A DNA stretch of 64,000 bases from Myxococcota bacterium (lineage in GTDB: Bacteria; Myxococcota_A; UBA9160; JAFDDA01). Position 1 is the first letter of the stretch, and each line of letters starts with the position of its first letter. The position numbers and the translations under genes were made by a program. The stretch covers positions 928,001-992,000 of the forward strand of contig OZ245817.1 in assembly GCA_965228475.1 (NCBI GenBank), in the 5' to 3' direction. Positions 1 to 9,124 of the stretch are shown here, in pieces. A model generated the notes under the pieces. It was not told the DNA's origin. It ran no database searches and saw only the letters and a program-made list of their open reading frames with translations.

Positions 1-453
1 TACCTGCACGCGCTCCACAGCCCGGCGCTCCTGCGCCGCGTCGAGCGCCCGGCGGTTCCGCTCGACGGGCTGAAGGCGCTCGGCCGGGCGCTTTCGCGTT
101 CGCGGGTCGTCGAGGGCGTCCACGTCGTGGTGCTCGGCCGCGTGCGGGAGGACGTGATCCCCCAGGCGGCGGACTTCGCCCTCCAGGCCGAGGGCGCCGA
201 GTGGGCCGTGGCCGCGGGCCTCGTGAACGGGAACCTCGTGTTCTCCGTCCGCAACGTCGGCCACGTGCGTTCGGCGGGCGAGATCGTGCGCGCGGTGGTC
301 GAGGGCCTCGGCGTGGGCGGCGGTCACCGCTCCATGGCGAAGGGCATCATCCCCGTGAAGGCCTTCCGCGAAGCCTACGGCGGAACGGACCAGAAGCGCG
401 TCCACGACGCGCTCGAGAAGGCCTTCACCGACGCGATTCGCGGCGGCGAGTAG
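1..453 (+). CDS. DHH family phosphoesterase, C-terminal DHHA1 part (5'-truncated by window edge)
   Basis: Frame open from base 1; ends with DHHA1 signature S-V-R...GGGH-x-x-M-A-x-G (LGVGGGHRSMAKG). Confidence 0.75.
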   Translation, partial: YLHALHSPALLRRVERPAVPLDGLKALGRALSRSRVVEGVHVVVLGRVREDVIPQAADFALQAEGAEWAVAAGLVNGNLVFSVRNVGHVRSAGEIVRAVVEGLGVGGGHRSMAKGIIPVKAFREAYGGTDQKRVHDALEKAFTDAIRGGE

Positions 454-472
454 GTCTCCCGCCCAAGCGCTC

Positions 473-1948
473 CTAGCGGCCCCGCGTCAGGTTCCCCACC
501 GAGATCAGCTTGCGCACCTTCTTGTCCGGCGGCGGCGTCGCGACGAGGTCCCAGGACTCGCGCCGCCAGCTTCCGGACTCGGCGAGGTTCGCGAAGGCGG
601 CGCCCATGGAATCGATCACCCGCACCGGGCGCGCCTCGTCGTCGGGCCAGCGCGGGTAGTCCGCGCGGTCCTCGCTCCACCGGCCGACGAACATGCCGAG
701 GTCGACGATCTCGTCGCGCACGTCGTAGGCGATGTAGTAGAGCGGATGGAGCGTCTGCAGGTCCACGTACTTGATGAAGCGCGCCGTGTGCTGACCGCCC
801 GGCGCGTCCTTCATGCGGCCCTCGATCACGAGCGCGCGGCGCAGATCCCAGCGGTCGTTCGCGAAGGAGAGCCCCCACGGGCCGAAGGCGCGCTCCTCGG
901 TCTCGGGGTACATGGGCGTCACCGCGTTGATCGGCGCGAGCACGTCCTGGACGCCGAGGACGCGGTTCTCGTAGAGGATGGGGCGCGCCTCGAGTCCTTC
1001 GAACCCGCTGCGCTTGGTCTGGATGGTGGTGGCGCCCGCACCGCCGACGCCGCCCGCGCCGACGGAGGCGCCGCCGAGACCGCCCCCGCCGCCCATCGCC
1101 ACGGCGAGCTGCCGCGCCGGGACCGTTCCGACCGAGAACGACGGCATGTAGAGGCCCTCCACCTCCGCCGCGTTCAGGCGCCGCACCCGGCGCCACTCGG
1201 GCAGGTAGGCGTGGAGCTCGTCGCTGCGCCGCCGCACGGTCTGGTGCTCGACGTGGCGGTACTGGCGCCAGGCGAACTCGCGGGCCGGCTGGGGCTCGGT
1301 GAACTTTCCGCCCGAGACCCAGTGGCGGTCCTTCGCTCCCTTCGCCTCGTAGCCGCTCTCCGGCCGGTCCGCGCGGTAGGACATCTGGATCTTGAAGATG
1401 TTGCCGAGGAAGGGTTCGGCCCGGCCGATGCGGCCGACGAGGTCCGAGATGCGGAAGCGCTCCGAGAACATCCCCGCGGCCTGGTAGCGGTGGGCGAGGT
1501 TCCAGGCCCACTTCTGGCCGGCCTGGGGGTCGCCCGGGTCGATCTGCGCGGGAGGGAAGGGCAGCCCGGCCTGGTAGCCGGCGAGGCCGCCGTCTTCGGT
1601 GAGGGACGCCTTGCCCGCGTTCGCCGCGGTGGCTTCTCGGAAGAACGCCGGCGGCGCGTAGTCCCGGAAGCACGGCCCGATCTCGAGCTTCATGCCCTCG
1701 AAGAAGAAGCGCTCCCGGTACTGCCAGATGGCTTCGGGCAGGAACTTCTCGAGCATCGGGAGCTGCTCGACGCTGACGACGTCGCCGGTCGCGAAAGGCG
1801 CCGGCCCCGCGTCCTGGCCGAGCGGCCAGCCGCGCAGCCCGTCCGCCGGCGCGCAGCTGCCTTCGGCCGGCAGATCCCAGGGGCCCGCCTGGGCCGGCGC
1901 CGCGGCCCAGCCCAGCACGGCGAGCGCCAGTGCGAGTCCCCGCCTCAC
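473..1948 (-). CDS. DUF1329 domain-containing exported protein
   Basis: Signal peptide (RRGLALALAVLG...AQA); GLPFP...DP.AG.KWAWN and YLP..RRVRR motifs typical of DUF1329; GTG start overlaps upstream TGA (GTGA at 1948-1945). Confidence 0.75.
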   Translation of the reverse strand: MRRGLALALAVLGWAAAPAQAGPWDLPAEGSCAPADGLRGWPLGQDAGPAPFATGDVVSVEQLPMLEKFLPEAIWQYRERFFFEGMKLEIGPCFRDYAPPAFFREATAANAGKASLTEDGGLAGYQAGLPFPPAQIDPGDPQAGQKWAWNLAHRYQAAGMFSERFRISDLVGRIGRAEPFLGNIFKIQMSYRADRPESGYEAKGAKDRHWVSGGKFTEPQPAREFAWRQYRHVEHQTVRRRSDELHAYLPEWRRVRRLNAAEVEGLYMPSFSVGTVPARQLAVAMGGGGGLGGASVGAGGVGGAGATTIQTKRSGFEGLEARPILYENRVLGVQDVLAPINAVTPMYPETEERAFGPWGLSFANDRWDLRRALVIEGRMKDAPGGQHTARFIKYVDLQTLHPLYYIAYDVRDEIVDLGMFVGRWSEDRADYPRWPDDEARPVRVIDSMGAAFANLAESGSWRRESWDLVATPPPDKKVRKLISVGNLTRGR

Positions 1949-3471
1949 GACGGGAAGGTCAGCAGATCGTGCGCCCCCGTCATCCGCTCGGGGATCGCCA
2001 CGCCGGTCGGGCAGCTCCCGAGACACGGGCCGGTGCAGGAGGCGCAGACCGAGGCGTTCTTCTCGAGCTTCGCGTAGAGGCGCATCGCCTCCTTCTCCTC
2101 ACCGTAGTCCTCGAAGTACATGCGGTGGCGCAGCACGTCGTGGATCGGCAGGCCCTCGGGGCAGCGGTCGAGGCACGCGCCGCAGTGCGGCGCGCAGTAG
2201 CTGCCCAGGATCTCGCGGTCGTACTTCTCGAGCACCGCCACGTCCTGCGCCGTCACGCCCTGGCCCGAAGCGGCGAGGTACTCGTCGCAGTGGGAGAGCT
2301 GACGGAAGGAGATCACCGTGCAGGAGACGTTCGGGTTCGAGAGCGACCACTTGAGCGCGGCCTGGGAGTAGGCGTTCGCCTCGGTCTTGAATCCCTCGAG
2401 GCCGTGGTGCTTCGCGCCCTTGAGCGTCTTCATGGCGACGATGCCCATGTCCTGCTCGGCGGCGGCGCGGTCGATGATGCCGCCGATCTCCGGCCAGATG
2501 CCGTGGTGGTAGGCGAGCATCATCACGTCGAAGCGGCCCGACGCGATGGCCTGGTTGGCGACGGGGACGAGCTTCGGCGTGTGGGTCGAGACGCCGAGGA
2601 AGCGCGCCTTGCCCTGCTCCTTCAGGCGGTCGAAGGCCTCGTGGACGTTCGGGTCCATCAGACGGTCGAGCTCGTCGCAGCTGTGGATGTGGATCAGGTC
2701 GACGTGGTCGGTGCGCAGCCGGACGAGGCTCTCCTCGACGGCGGCGACGTACTCCGCGACGGGGGTGCCCGGCGGCAGGTGGCCGAGGGCGTTGCAGAAC
2801 TTCGTGGCGACGAAGATGTCGTCGCGCCGCCCTTCGAGCGCCGCGCCGATGCACTCTTCACTGCCGTTCGCCGAGTAGTCCGGCGAGGTGTCGACGTAGT
2901 TCACGCCGCGGTCGAAGGCGAGCCGGGCGATGGCGGTGCCCTCTTCGCCCTTGAGCCCGCCGCTCCCGAGCACGACGTCCGAGATCTGGAACTCGGTGCG
3001 GCCGAGCCGGCGGTAGGCCTTCACCCGGCTGCCCTGCCAGGCCGCCGGCGGATTCTCGTGGGTTCCGGGAACGCCCGGCGCGCTGATGTTGCCTGCGATC
3101 GGTCGCCAGCCCGGGCCGCCCGTCGCCAGGCCGAAGTAGGCGCGGCCGAAGGCCGCCGCGCCGGCCGCCGCACCCGTGCCCAGGGCGGCGGCGCCGGTCA
3201 GGAAGCGCCGGCGTCCCGGCGCCGGTGCCGCGATCCGCCGCGGCAGTACGAAGAGCGAGGCGATGACGAGAAGCAGGATCAGTCCGATCGCCAGCACGAG
3301 GCCGCCGATCGCGTTCGGGGCATCGGGGGCGAGCTTCTGGAGCGTCTCTCCCATCGGGAAGGCGCTCGGCGCGAGCCCGATGAACGAGTCGTAGAGCAGC
3401 GGTCCCGAAACGAAGAATCCGAGAATGGCGGCAATGGCGATCCAGAGGCCGACGAAGCGACGTCCCGACAT
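1945..3471 (-). CDS. Aldo/keto reductase with C-terminal 4Fe-4S domain, N-terminal TM helices and internal twin-arginine motif
   Basis: YRRLGRT, GVNYVDTSPDY, FVATK, DLIHIH, GKARFLGVSTH AKR motifs; C-terminal CxxxCxxCxxxCP and CxxCxxxCxxxCP clusters; GRRRFLTGAAALG. Confidence 0.85.
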   Translation of the reverse strand: MSGRRFVGLWIAIAAILGFFVSGPLLYDSFIGLAPSAFPMGETLQKLAPDAPNAIGGLVLAIGLILLLVIASLFVLPRRIAAPAPGRRRFLTGAAALGTGAAAGAAAFGRAYFGLATGGPGWRPIAGNISAPGVPGTHENPPAAWQGSRVKAYRRLGRTEFQISDVVLGSGGLKGEEGTAIARLAFDRGVNYVDTSPDYSANGSEECIGAALEGRRDDIFVATKFCNALGHLPPGTPVAEYVAAVEESLVRLRTDHVDLIHIHSCDELDRLMDPNVHEAFDRLKEQGKARFLGVSTHTPKLVPVANQAIASGRFDVMMLAYHHGIWPEIGGIIDRAAAEQDMGIVAMKTLKGAKHHGLEGFKTEANAYSQAALKWSLSNPNVSCTVISFRQLSHCDEYLAASGQGVTAQDVAVLEKYDREILGSYCAPHCGACLDRCPEGLPIHDVLRHRMYFEDYGEEKEAMRLYAKLEKNASVCASCTGPCLGSCPTGVAIPERMTGAHDLLTFPS

Positions 3472-3558
3472 GTGTTCCCCTCCGGGTGCGCGCCAGGCGG
3501 GCGAGGCGCACCGATCGGATCATCATAACCTTTCGGGCACTTCGGAATGGCGCTGGCT

Positions 3559-4503
3559 TCACGCGAAGGCGGAACGAAAGCGCTCGAGGAAGGCTGCGAG
3601 GCCCGCGAGCTCCGGATCCTTCAGGGCATCCTCAGGCTCGGCCGGGAGGAGGAGGTCCAGGGCCGCGCCCGGGAGCTCGCCGGCGGCGGCGCCGTAGGCG
3701 TCGAGCAACGCCTCGGCTTCCGCGAGCCGCCCCGCACCGTGGAACCAGGTGATCCGGGCCGGCGCTGCGCCACCCGCGCCGAGCTCGAGGAAGTGCCGCG
3801 CAGCCTCGAGCGAGTCCGTCAGCAGCCCCGTCTCGAGGCGCGCGGCACGCGCGACCGCCCCACGCGCCGTCGCCGCGATCCAGAGCGGAGGGTGGGGACG
3901 CTGGCACGGCTTCGGGTGGACGCCGACGCTCTCGATGCGGTGGTGTTCGCCTTCGAAGGTGACCGCCCCGTCCTGCCAGGCTTGGCGGAGCAGGGCGACC
4001 GCTTCCTCGAGCCGGGTGGTGCGCTCGGCGAGCGCCACGCCGAACCCGTCGAAGCCCTCGGCGTGGTCGCCGAGGCCGACGCCGAGTTCGAGCCGTCCCC
4101 CCGAGAGCACGTCGAGACTCGCGGCGTCCTCGGCGACCCGCAGCGGGTGGTGGAGCGGGAGCGGGAGCACGCCCGTCGCGAGGCGCGCGCTCCGGGTCCG
4201 TGCGGCGATCGCCGCGAGCAGCGGGAAGGCGGCGGGGAGCCGCGCACCGGGTGCGAAGGGCCGCTCGGCCACCCAGAGCACGTCGATTCCCGCGCGCTCC
4301 GCCGCCTCGGCGTGGCGCAGCAGGGCCTGATAGGCCTCGGCCGGCTCCGACGGTCCGGACGCACCGGCGTCGTTCGGGTCGGCGCGCAGGTCGTAACGCA
4401 GGCCGACCCGGCGGCCGCTCGTGACCGAAGGGTCGTCTGCGACCCGGCGGCCGTTCGTGACCCGGCGGCCGTTCGTCGCGTTGGGTCGATCGGTCTGCGA
4501 CAT
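3559..4503 (-). CDS. LLM class flavin-dependent oxidoreductase (luciferase-like)
   Basis: WVAE, HHPLRVAEDAASLDVLSGGRLELGVGLG, PKPCQRPHPPLWIA motifs. Confidence 0.85.
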   Translation of the reverse strand: MSQTDRPNATNGRRVTNGRRVADDPSVTSGRRVGLRYDLRADPNDAGASGPSEPAEAYQALLRHAEAAERAGIDVLWVAERPFAPGARLPAAFPLLAAIAARTRSARLATGVLPLPLHHPLRVAEDAASLDVLSGGRLELGVGLGDHAEGFDGFGVALAERTTRLEEAVALLRQAWQDGAVTFEGEHHRIESVGVHPKPCQRPHPPLWIAATARGAVARAARLETGLLTDSLEAARHFLELGAGGAAPARITWFHGAGRLAEAEALLDAYGAAAGELPGAALDLLLPAEPEDALKDPELAGLAAFLERFRSAFA

Positions 4504-4511
4504 CCGGGCGG

Positions 4512-4519
4512 ATTATAGT
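4512..4519. promoter_or_regulatory. Overlapping back-to-back -10 boxes (TATAAT on -, TATAGT on +) for two divergent, probably leaderless genes
   Basis: ATTATAGT; TATAAT is 8 nt before ATG 4503 (-) and TATAGT is 6 nt before GTG 4526 (+); only 22 bp separate the start codons. Confidence 0.65.
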
Positions 4520-4525
4520 CTGCCG

Positions 4526-5044
4526 GTGCTCGGCTCCCGCACCCTCCAGGCCGTCTATCTCGGCGCGGAACCCTTCGAGAAGGACGGCACCTTCGGCCTG
4601 TTGCTCTGCTTCCGTCCGCTGCGGGCGCGCATCGATGCCGATCGCATCGAAGACCCGGCCGAACTCGGCCCCGAACTCACGATCCCGGCGGTGGCGGGGA
4701 TCGGCAAGGTTCTCCGCATCCTGCGCGCCGCGAAGATCGCCGCGCCCGAGGACGGGGTCTCCCTGCTCGGCGACAGGGCCCGGATCGAGCGGCTGCTCGC
4801 GCGCGCCGAGGGAACGCGGCTCGTCCTGACCCTCCTCCGCCGCACCCGCGTCCGCTACGTGGCCTGGACCGAAGCGGGCGTCGAGACCGTCGAAGACGTC
4901 GCCGACGTGATCGAGGGCGAGGACGAGACCCTCGTCCTGCGGCGCGGCGAGCGCCTGCCCGTGCGCTTCCGGCGCGAGGAGCTCTCGCGCGGGCAGACCG
5001 AGCGCGAGGCCTGGTACCAGGTCCTCGAGATCGATCGAATCTAG
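4526..5044 (+). CDS. Hypothetical protein
   Basis: GC3-biased ORF filling the gap; start moved to GTG 4526 after the -10 box to avoid overlap with the divergent LLM gene. Confidence 0.6.
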   Translation: MLGSRTLQAVYLGAEPFEKDGTFGLLLCFRPLRARIDADRIEDPAELGPELTIPAVAGIGKVLRILRAAKIAAPEDGVSLLGDRARIERLLARAEGTRLVLTLLRRTRVRYVAWTEAGVETVEDVADVIEGEDETLVLRRGERLPVRFRREELSRGQTEREAWYQVLEIDRI

Positions 5045-5094
5045 CCCGCGATCGTTCGGATCGGGGACCCCGGGCAGCGGGCTATGCTCCGGGC

Positions 5095-6735
5095 ATGCGC
5101 GTGGCGCTCGCCCAACTGAACCCGACCGTCGGCGACCTGGCCGGCAACCGCCGCCTCATCGAGGAGGCCGCGGCCAAGGCGGCAGCGGCCGGCGCCGAGG
5201 TGCTGGTCGCCCCGGAGCTCGCCCTGACCGGCTACCCGCCGATGGATCTGCTCGAGCGCGACGGCTTCGTGCGCGACCAGCTGCGCGAGCTCGAGACCCT
5301 CGCCGAGAGCTCGAAGCGCATCGACCTCGTCGTGGGCGCCGTGGTGCCCCACGAGGGCGCGGGGCCGAAGTCCGTCGTGAACGCGGCGGTCGTGCTCTCG
5401 GGCGGGCGGCGCGTGGCCTCCCGCGCGAAGTCGCTGCTGCCGAGCTACGACGTCTTCGACGAGAAGCGCTACTTCGCGCCCGCCGAGCGCCGCGAGCCGG
5501 TGCCGCTCTCCGGGCAAAGTCTCGGTCTCACGGTGTGCGAAGACGTCTGGGTCGACGAGCAGACCTACCGCGTGGACCCGGTCGGCGAGCTGGTCGCGGG
5601 CGGGGCGGAGATCGTGCTCAACCTCTCGTGCTCCCCCTGGCGACACGACAAGCCCGAGATTCGGCGCGGCGTCGTCGGCGAGCTGGCGCACCGCCACGGG
5701 GTGCCGATCGTCTACGTGAACCAGCTCGGCGGAAACGACGAGCTGATCTTCGACGGCGGCTCCTTCGTCGCGGAGGCCGACGGCCGCATCCGCTGCCAGC
5801 TCCCGCTGTTCGAGCCGGCGCTCGAGGTCGTCGACCTCGAGTCTCCGTCCCGCGCCGTGGCGCCGGGCGAGGTGCCGGAGCCCGAGCGCATCGCCCAGCT
5901 CGAATCCGCCCTCGTGCTCGGCATCGGCGACTACTTCCGCAAGCAGGGTCTCCCGCCCGGGGCCGTGATCGGCCTTTCGGGCGGCATCGACTCGGCGGTG
6001 ACGGCCGACCTCGCGGTGAAGGCGCTCGGCGCGGACCGGGTCGTCGGCATCGCGATGCCCGGGCCGTTCTCCTCGGACCACAGCGTCGACGACGCACGCG
6101 CGCTCGCGGAAAACCTCGGCATCGAGCTCCGCATCGCGCCGATCGCGCCCATGTACGACGCGTACCGGGACGCCTTCGCCGGCCTCTTCGGCGAACGCGA
6201 CGACTACGGGCTCACGCAGCAGAACATCCAGTCGCGCATCCGCGGCGCGCTCCTGATGGCCGTGTCGAACGACGAGAATCGCCTGGTGCTCGCGACGGGG
6301 AACAAGAGCGAACTCTCGATCGGCTACTGCACGCTCTACGGCGACACGGTCGGCGGCCTGTGCGTGCTCGGCGACGTGTACAAGCACGACGTCTACGCCC
6401 TGGCTCGCCACGCCAACCGCGACGGCGTGCGCGTGCCCGAGAACACGATCGACAAGCCGCCTTCCGCCGAGCTCGCTCCGGACCAGCTCGACACCGACGA
6501 TCTCCCGCCCTACGACGTGCTCGACGCCGTCCTGGCCCAGGCCGTCGAAGGCGAGCTCGGCGTCGACGCGATCACGCCGCCGCCGGGGGCCGACCGGGAG
6601 ACGGTGCGCCGCATCGTGACGCGCCTCGACCGCAACGAGTACAAGCGCCGTCAGGCGCCGCTCGTCCTGCGCGTCTCGGAGAAGGCGTTCGGGTCCGGCC
6701 GGCGGCTGCCGATCGTCCATCGCTACGCGGATTGA
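5095..6735 (+). CDS. nadE: Glutamine-dependent NAD+ synthetase
   Basis: N-terminal nitrilase/glutaminase domain (PELALTGYPP, FDEKRYF, CED) plus NAD synthase domain (GLSGGIDS, QNIQSRIRG, TGNKSE, GYCTLYGD, PSAEL, NEYKRRQAP). Confidence 0.97.
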   Translation: MRVALAQLNPTVGDLAGNRRLIEEAAAKAAAAGAEVLVAPELALTGYPPMDLLERDGFVRDQLRELETLAESSKRIDLVVGAVVPHEGAGPKSVVNAAVVLSGGRRVASRAKSLLPSYDVFDEKRYFAPAERREPVPLSGQSLGLTVCEDVWVDEQTYRVDPVGELVAGGAEIVLNLSCSPWRHDKPEIRRGVVGELAHRHGVPIVYVNQLGGNDELIFDGGSFVAEADGRIRCQLPLFEPALEVVDLESPSRAVAPGEVPEPERIAQLESALVLGIGDYFRKQGLPPGAVIGLSGGIDSAVTADLAVKALGADRVVGIAMPGPFSSDHSVDDARALAENLGIELRIAPIAPMYDAYRDAFAGLFGERDDYGLTQQNIQSRIRGALLMAVSNDENRLVLATGNKSELSIGYCTLYGDTVGGLCVLGDVYKHDVYALARHANRDGVRVPENTIDKPPSAELAPDQLDTDDLPPYDVLDAVLAQAVEGELGVDAITPPPGADRETVRRIVTRLDRNEYKRRQAPLVLRVSEKAFGSGRRLPIVHRYAD

Positions 6736-6765
6736 GGGGAGGGCGGCGCGGCCGCCGGGCGAGGC

Positions 6766-7230
6766 CTAGGCCGGCGGCGCTTCGCTGACCGCCTTCACGA
6801 GCTCGGCGCGCGGCCCGCGCGGGCCTTCCTGGACGACGTACTCGACGTTGTCGCCCTCGTTCAGCGAGTCGTACTCCGAGCCCCCGAGGCCCGAGCGGTG
6901 GAAGAAGACTTCCTTGCCGTCCTCGCCGCGGATGAACCCGAAGCCCCGATCGCGGACCATCTTCTTGATGCGGCCCTTGGACTTCGGCCCGCTCGGCATG
7001 GTGCGCGCGGCCGGCGCGCGGCGGCGCGAGCGCCCCTTGGGCTGACGGAACGCGCCGGTGAGCGCGAACTCCTGCTGGAACAGTCCGAAGGGAACCACGA
7101 GGTCTTCCATGTCGGAGGCGTCCGGCGAGAGCAGGACTTCCTCTTCGCCCGCGTCCACGATCGTGTAGCGAAGGCCCGTGTTCTTGTGGGTCACGCTGGA
7201 GCCCGGCTCCAGTTCTTCGAACGTCAACAT
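6766..7230 (-). CDS. Cold-shock domain protein with N-terminal extension
   Basis: C-terminal CSD with RNP1 (RGFGFI), RNP2 (VFFH) and GPRGPRA; about 80 aa of extra N-terminal sequence. Confidence 0.85.
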   Translation of the reverse strand: MLTFEELEPGSSVTHKNTGLRYTIVDAGEEEVLLSPDASDMEDLVVPFGLFQQEFALTGAFRQPKGRSRRRAPAARTMPSGPKSKGRIKKMVRDRGFGFIRGEDGKEVFFHRSGLGGSEYDSLNEGDNVEYVVQEGPRGPRAELVKAVSEAPPA

Positions 7231-7376
7231 ACGAGACCTCGGATCGCGTTCTGGGGTGGGCAGGAAGAGCCCGGGAGCCGCGCACTATAGAAGATGGGGC
7301 CCCCGCGGGCAAATTCCCGGACGTCCCCTTCGCCGCGGCGCCGGGGGGCTTTCCCGCGGCGCTAGAGTCCGTCTCC

Positions 7377-8663
7377 ATGCGGCTCCCGGCGTCGTTTTCG
7401 TTGCTCGCTCTCGCGCTCGGCTGCGCGGCCGGACCGCCCGCGCCCGCGGGTGACGAGGGCCTTCGTGTCGGCACCCCCGGCGACTATGCACCCTTCAGCG
7501 TGGTGGGCGGGGCGGGCTTCCCCGCCGTCGACGGTTTCGACCTCGACGTCGCGCGCGCCTTCGCCGCCGACACCGGACGCGCGCTCACCCTTCACCGCTT
7601 CCTCTGGCGCGAACTCTCCGCCAACGTCCGGGCCGGAGCCTTCGACGTCGCCATGGGGGGCGTCACCGTTCGCCCGGAGCGGTCGGTGATCGGGCGCTTC
7701 AGCGTGCCGGTCGCCGAGAGCGGTGCGGTCGTCCTGGCCCCCGCGGCGCGGGCCGCGGGCGGGCTCGCAGCCCTCGATCGGGCCGGGGTCACGCTCGGCG
7801 TGAATCGCGGCGGGCACCTCGAGCGCGTCGCGCGCAGGCGCTTTCCGCAGGCGCGCCTCGAGACGTTCCCCGAGAACGACGCCGTCCGCCGCGCGCTCGC
7901 GGCCGGCCGCGTCGATGCGATCGTCACCGACACCATGGAGGCGCCGCACTGGCAGCGGACCCTGCCCGGCGTGGTGCCGCTCGGCCCCTTCACCCGGGAC
8001 CGCAAGGCCTACCTCTGGGCGCCTCCCTTCGACGAGCGAGCGGCCCAGGCCCTCGATGCCTGGCTGCTCGCCCGGGAGGCCCGCGGTTGGCTGGCGGAGC
8101 GGCGCGCGGAGCACATGGGTGCTGCGGGCCGCCCCACGGCGACCGCGGAGGCCGCCCTGACCGCGGCGGTCGGCGAACGCCTCGCCCTCATGCCGTTGGT
8201 GGCGGAAGCCAAGCGCGGTCGCGGGGGCGGCGTCCGCGATGCGGCCCGCGAACGGCGTGTTCTCGAAGCGGCCTGGCGCGCGGTCGCGCGCGAGGCCGCC
8301 GCCCTGGGCGTGGCGCCACCCGAGCGCGGCGACGTCGAGGCCTTCTACCGCGCCCAGATCGAGCTGGCCGTGGAGGTGCAGCGCCGGGCTCTCGAGGGGG
8401 TGGCCCCCGGCGGAGAGCGCTTCCGGCTGGCCGAGGATCTGAGGCCCGCCCTGTTGCGCGTCGGCGATCGGATCGCCTGGCTGCTCGTGCGCCTCGAGCG
8501 GGCCCCGGCGCCGGAGCAGGTCCACGCCGAGCTCGAGCGCTTCGCGGTTCGCCCGGAATCTGCCGCCCGGCTGGTGCGCGCCCTCGAAAGGCTCGTTCAG
8601 GGGCGGGTGAAGGCGCGCGCCAGCAGTCCGGCGATCACCGGCAGGATGATCGAGACCCCGTAG
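7377..8663 (+). CDS. Exported lipoprotein: PheC-like (SBP family 3 / cyclohexadienyl dehydratase) domain fused to an AroQ-type chorismate mutase domain
   Basis: Lipobox LALGC; LRVGTPGDYAPFS, GFDLDVA, FDVAMGGVT, TDTME; C-terminal ERLALMPLVAEAK...VRDAARERRVL...FYRAQIE...EVQ (AroQ gamma-like). Confidence 0.75.
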   Translation: MRLPASFSLLALALGCAAGPPAPAGDEGLRVGTPGDYAPFSVVGGAGFPAVDGFDLDVARAFAADTGRALTLHRFLWRELSANVRAGAFDVAMGGVTVRPERSVIGRFSVPVAESGAVVLAPAARAAGGLAALDRAGVTLGVNRGGHLERVARRRFPQARLETFPENDAVRRALAAGRVDAIVTDTMEAPHWQRTLPGVVPLGPFTRDRKAYLWAPPFDERAAQALDAWLLAREARGWLAERRAEHMGAAGRPTATAEAALTAAVGERLALMPLVAEAKRGRGGGVRDAARERRVLEAAWRAVAREAAALGVAPPERGDVEAFYRAQIELAVEVQRRALEGVAPGGERFRLAEDLRPALLRVGDRIAWLLVRLERAPAPEQVHAELERFAVRPESAARLVRALERLVQGRVKARASSPAITGRMIETP

Positions 8664-9124
8664 CGAAGCGCCGTCATGCGCGGGCCGAGGATCGGGAGCT
8701 CCCAGGCCAGGGCGCGGTGTACCGCGAGCAGGGACCAGCCCGTCAGGAAGGCGACCACGGGGCCGACGCCGGCCCCCGCCCGGATCATCACCGCGGCGAT
8801 CGGCATCGCCACGAAGGGCCCGGCCGGTGTGAGCGCGCCGACGCCCGTTCCGATCAGGATCCCCCGCAGGCCCGAGCCCTCACCGAGGGTTCGGCTCACC
8901 CACTCGTGCGGGACGAGCACTTCGGCGAGCCCCGCCGCGAGGAAGGAGACGACGAGCAGGGCGCTGTAGCGCACCAAGAGCTGTGCGCCGCCCGAGAGCC
9001 CGGTGCGCAGGAGCTCCGGTCCGCCGGTTCGCCACGCGAGGAAGGCCAGGCCGACCAGGGCCAACAACAGGATGAAGAAGACCGTGTCGATCAACGGGCG
9101 TGCTCCCGAAGTAGGGTTCGGCAT
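8597..9124 (-). CDS. Small permease (DUF318/ArsP-like half-size membrane protein)
   Basis: Hydrophobic 175 aa; LGEGSGLRGILIG...TPAGPFVAMPIA...GAGVGPVVAFLTGW; ATG overlaps upstream TGA (TGATG). Confidence 0.7.
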   Translation of the reverse strand: MPNPTSGARPLIDTVFFILLLALVGLAFLAWRTGGPELLRTGLSGGAQLLVRYSALLVVSFLAAGLAEVLVPHEWVSRTLGEGSGLRGILIGTGVGALTPAGPFVAMPIAAVMIRAGAGVGPVVAFLTGWSLLAVHRALAWELPILGPRMTALRYGVSIILPVIAGLLARAFTRP

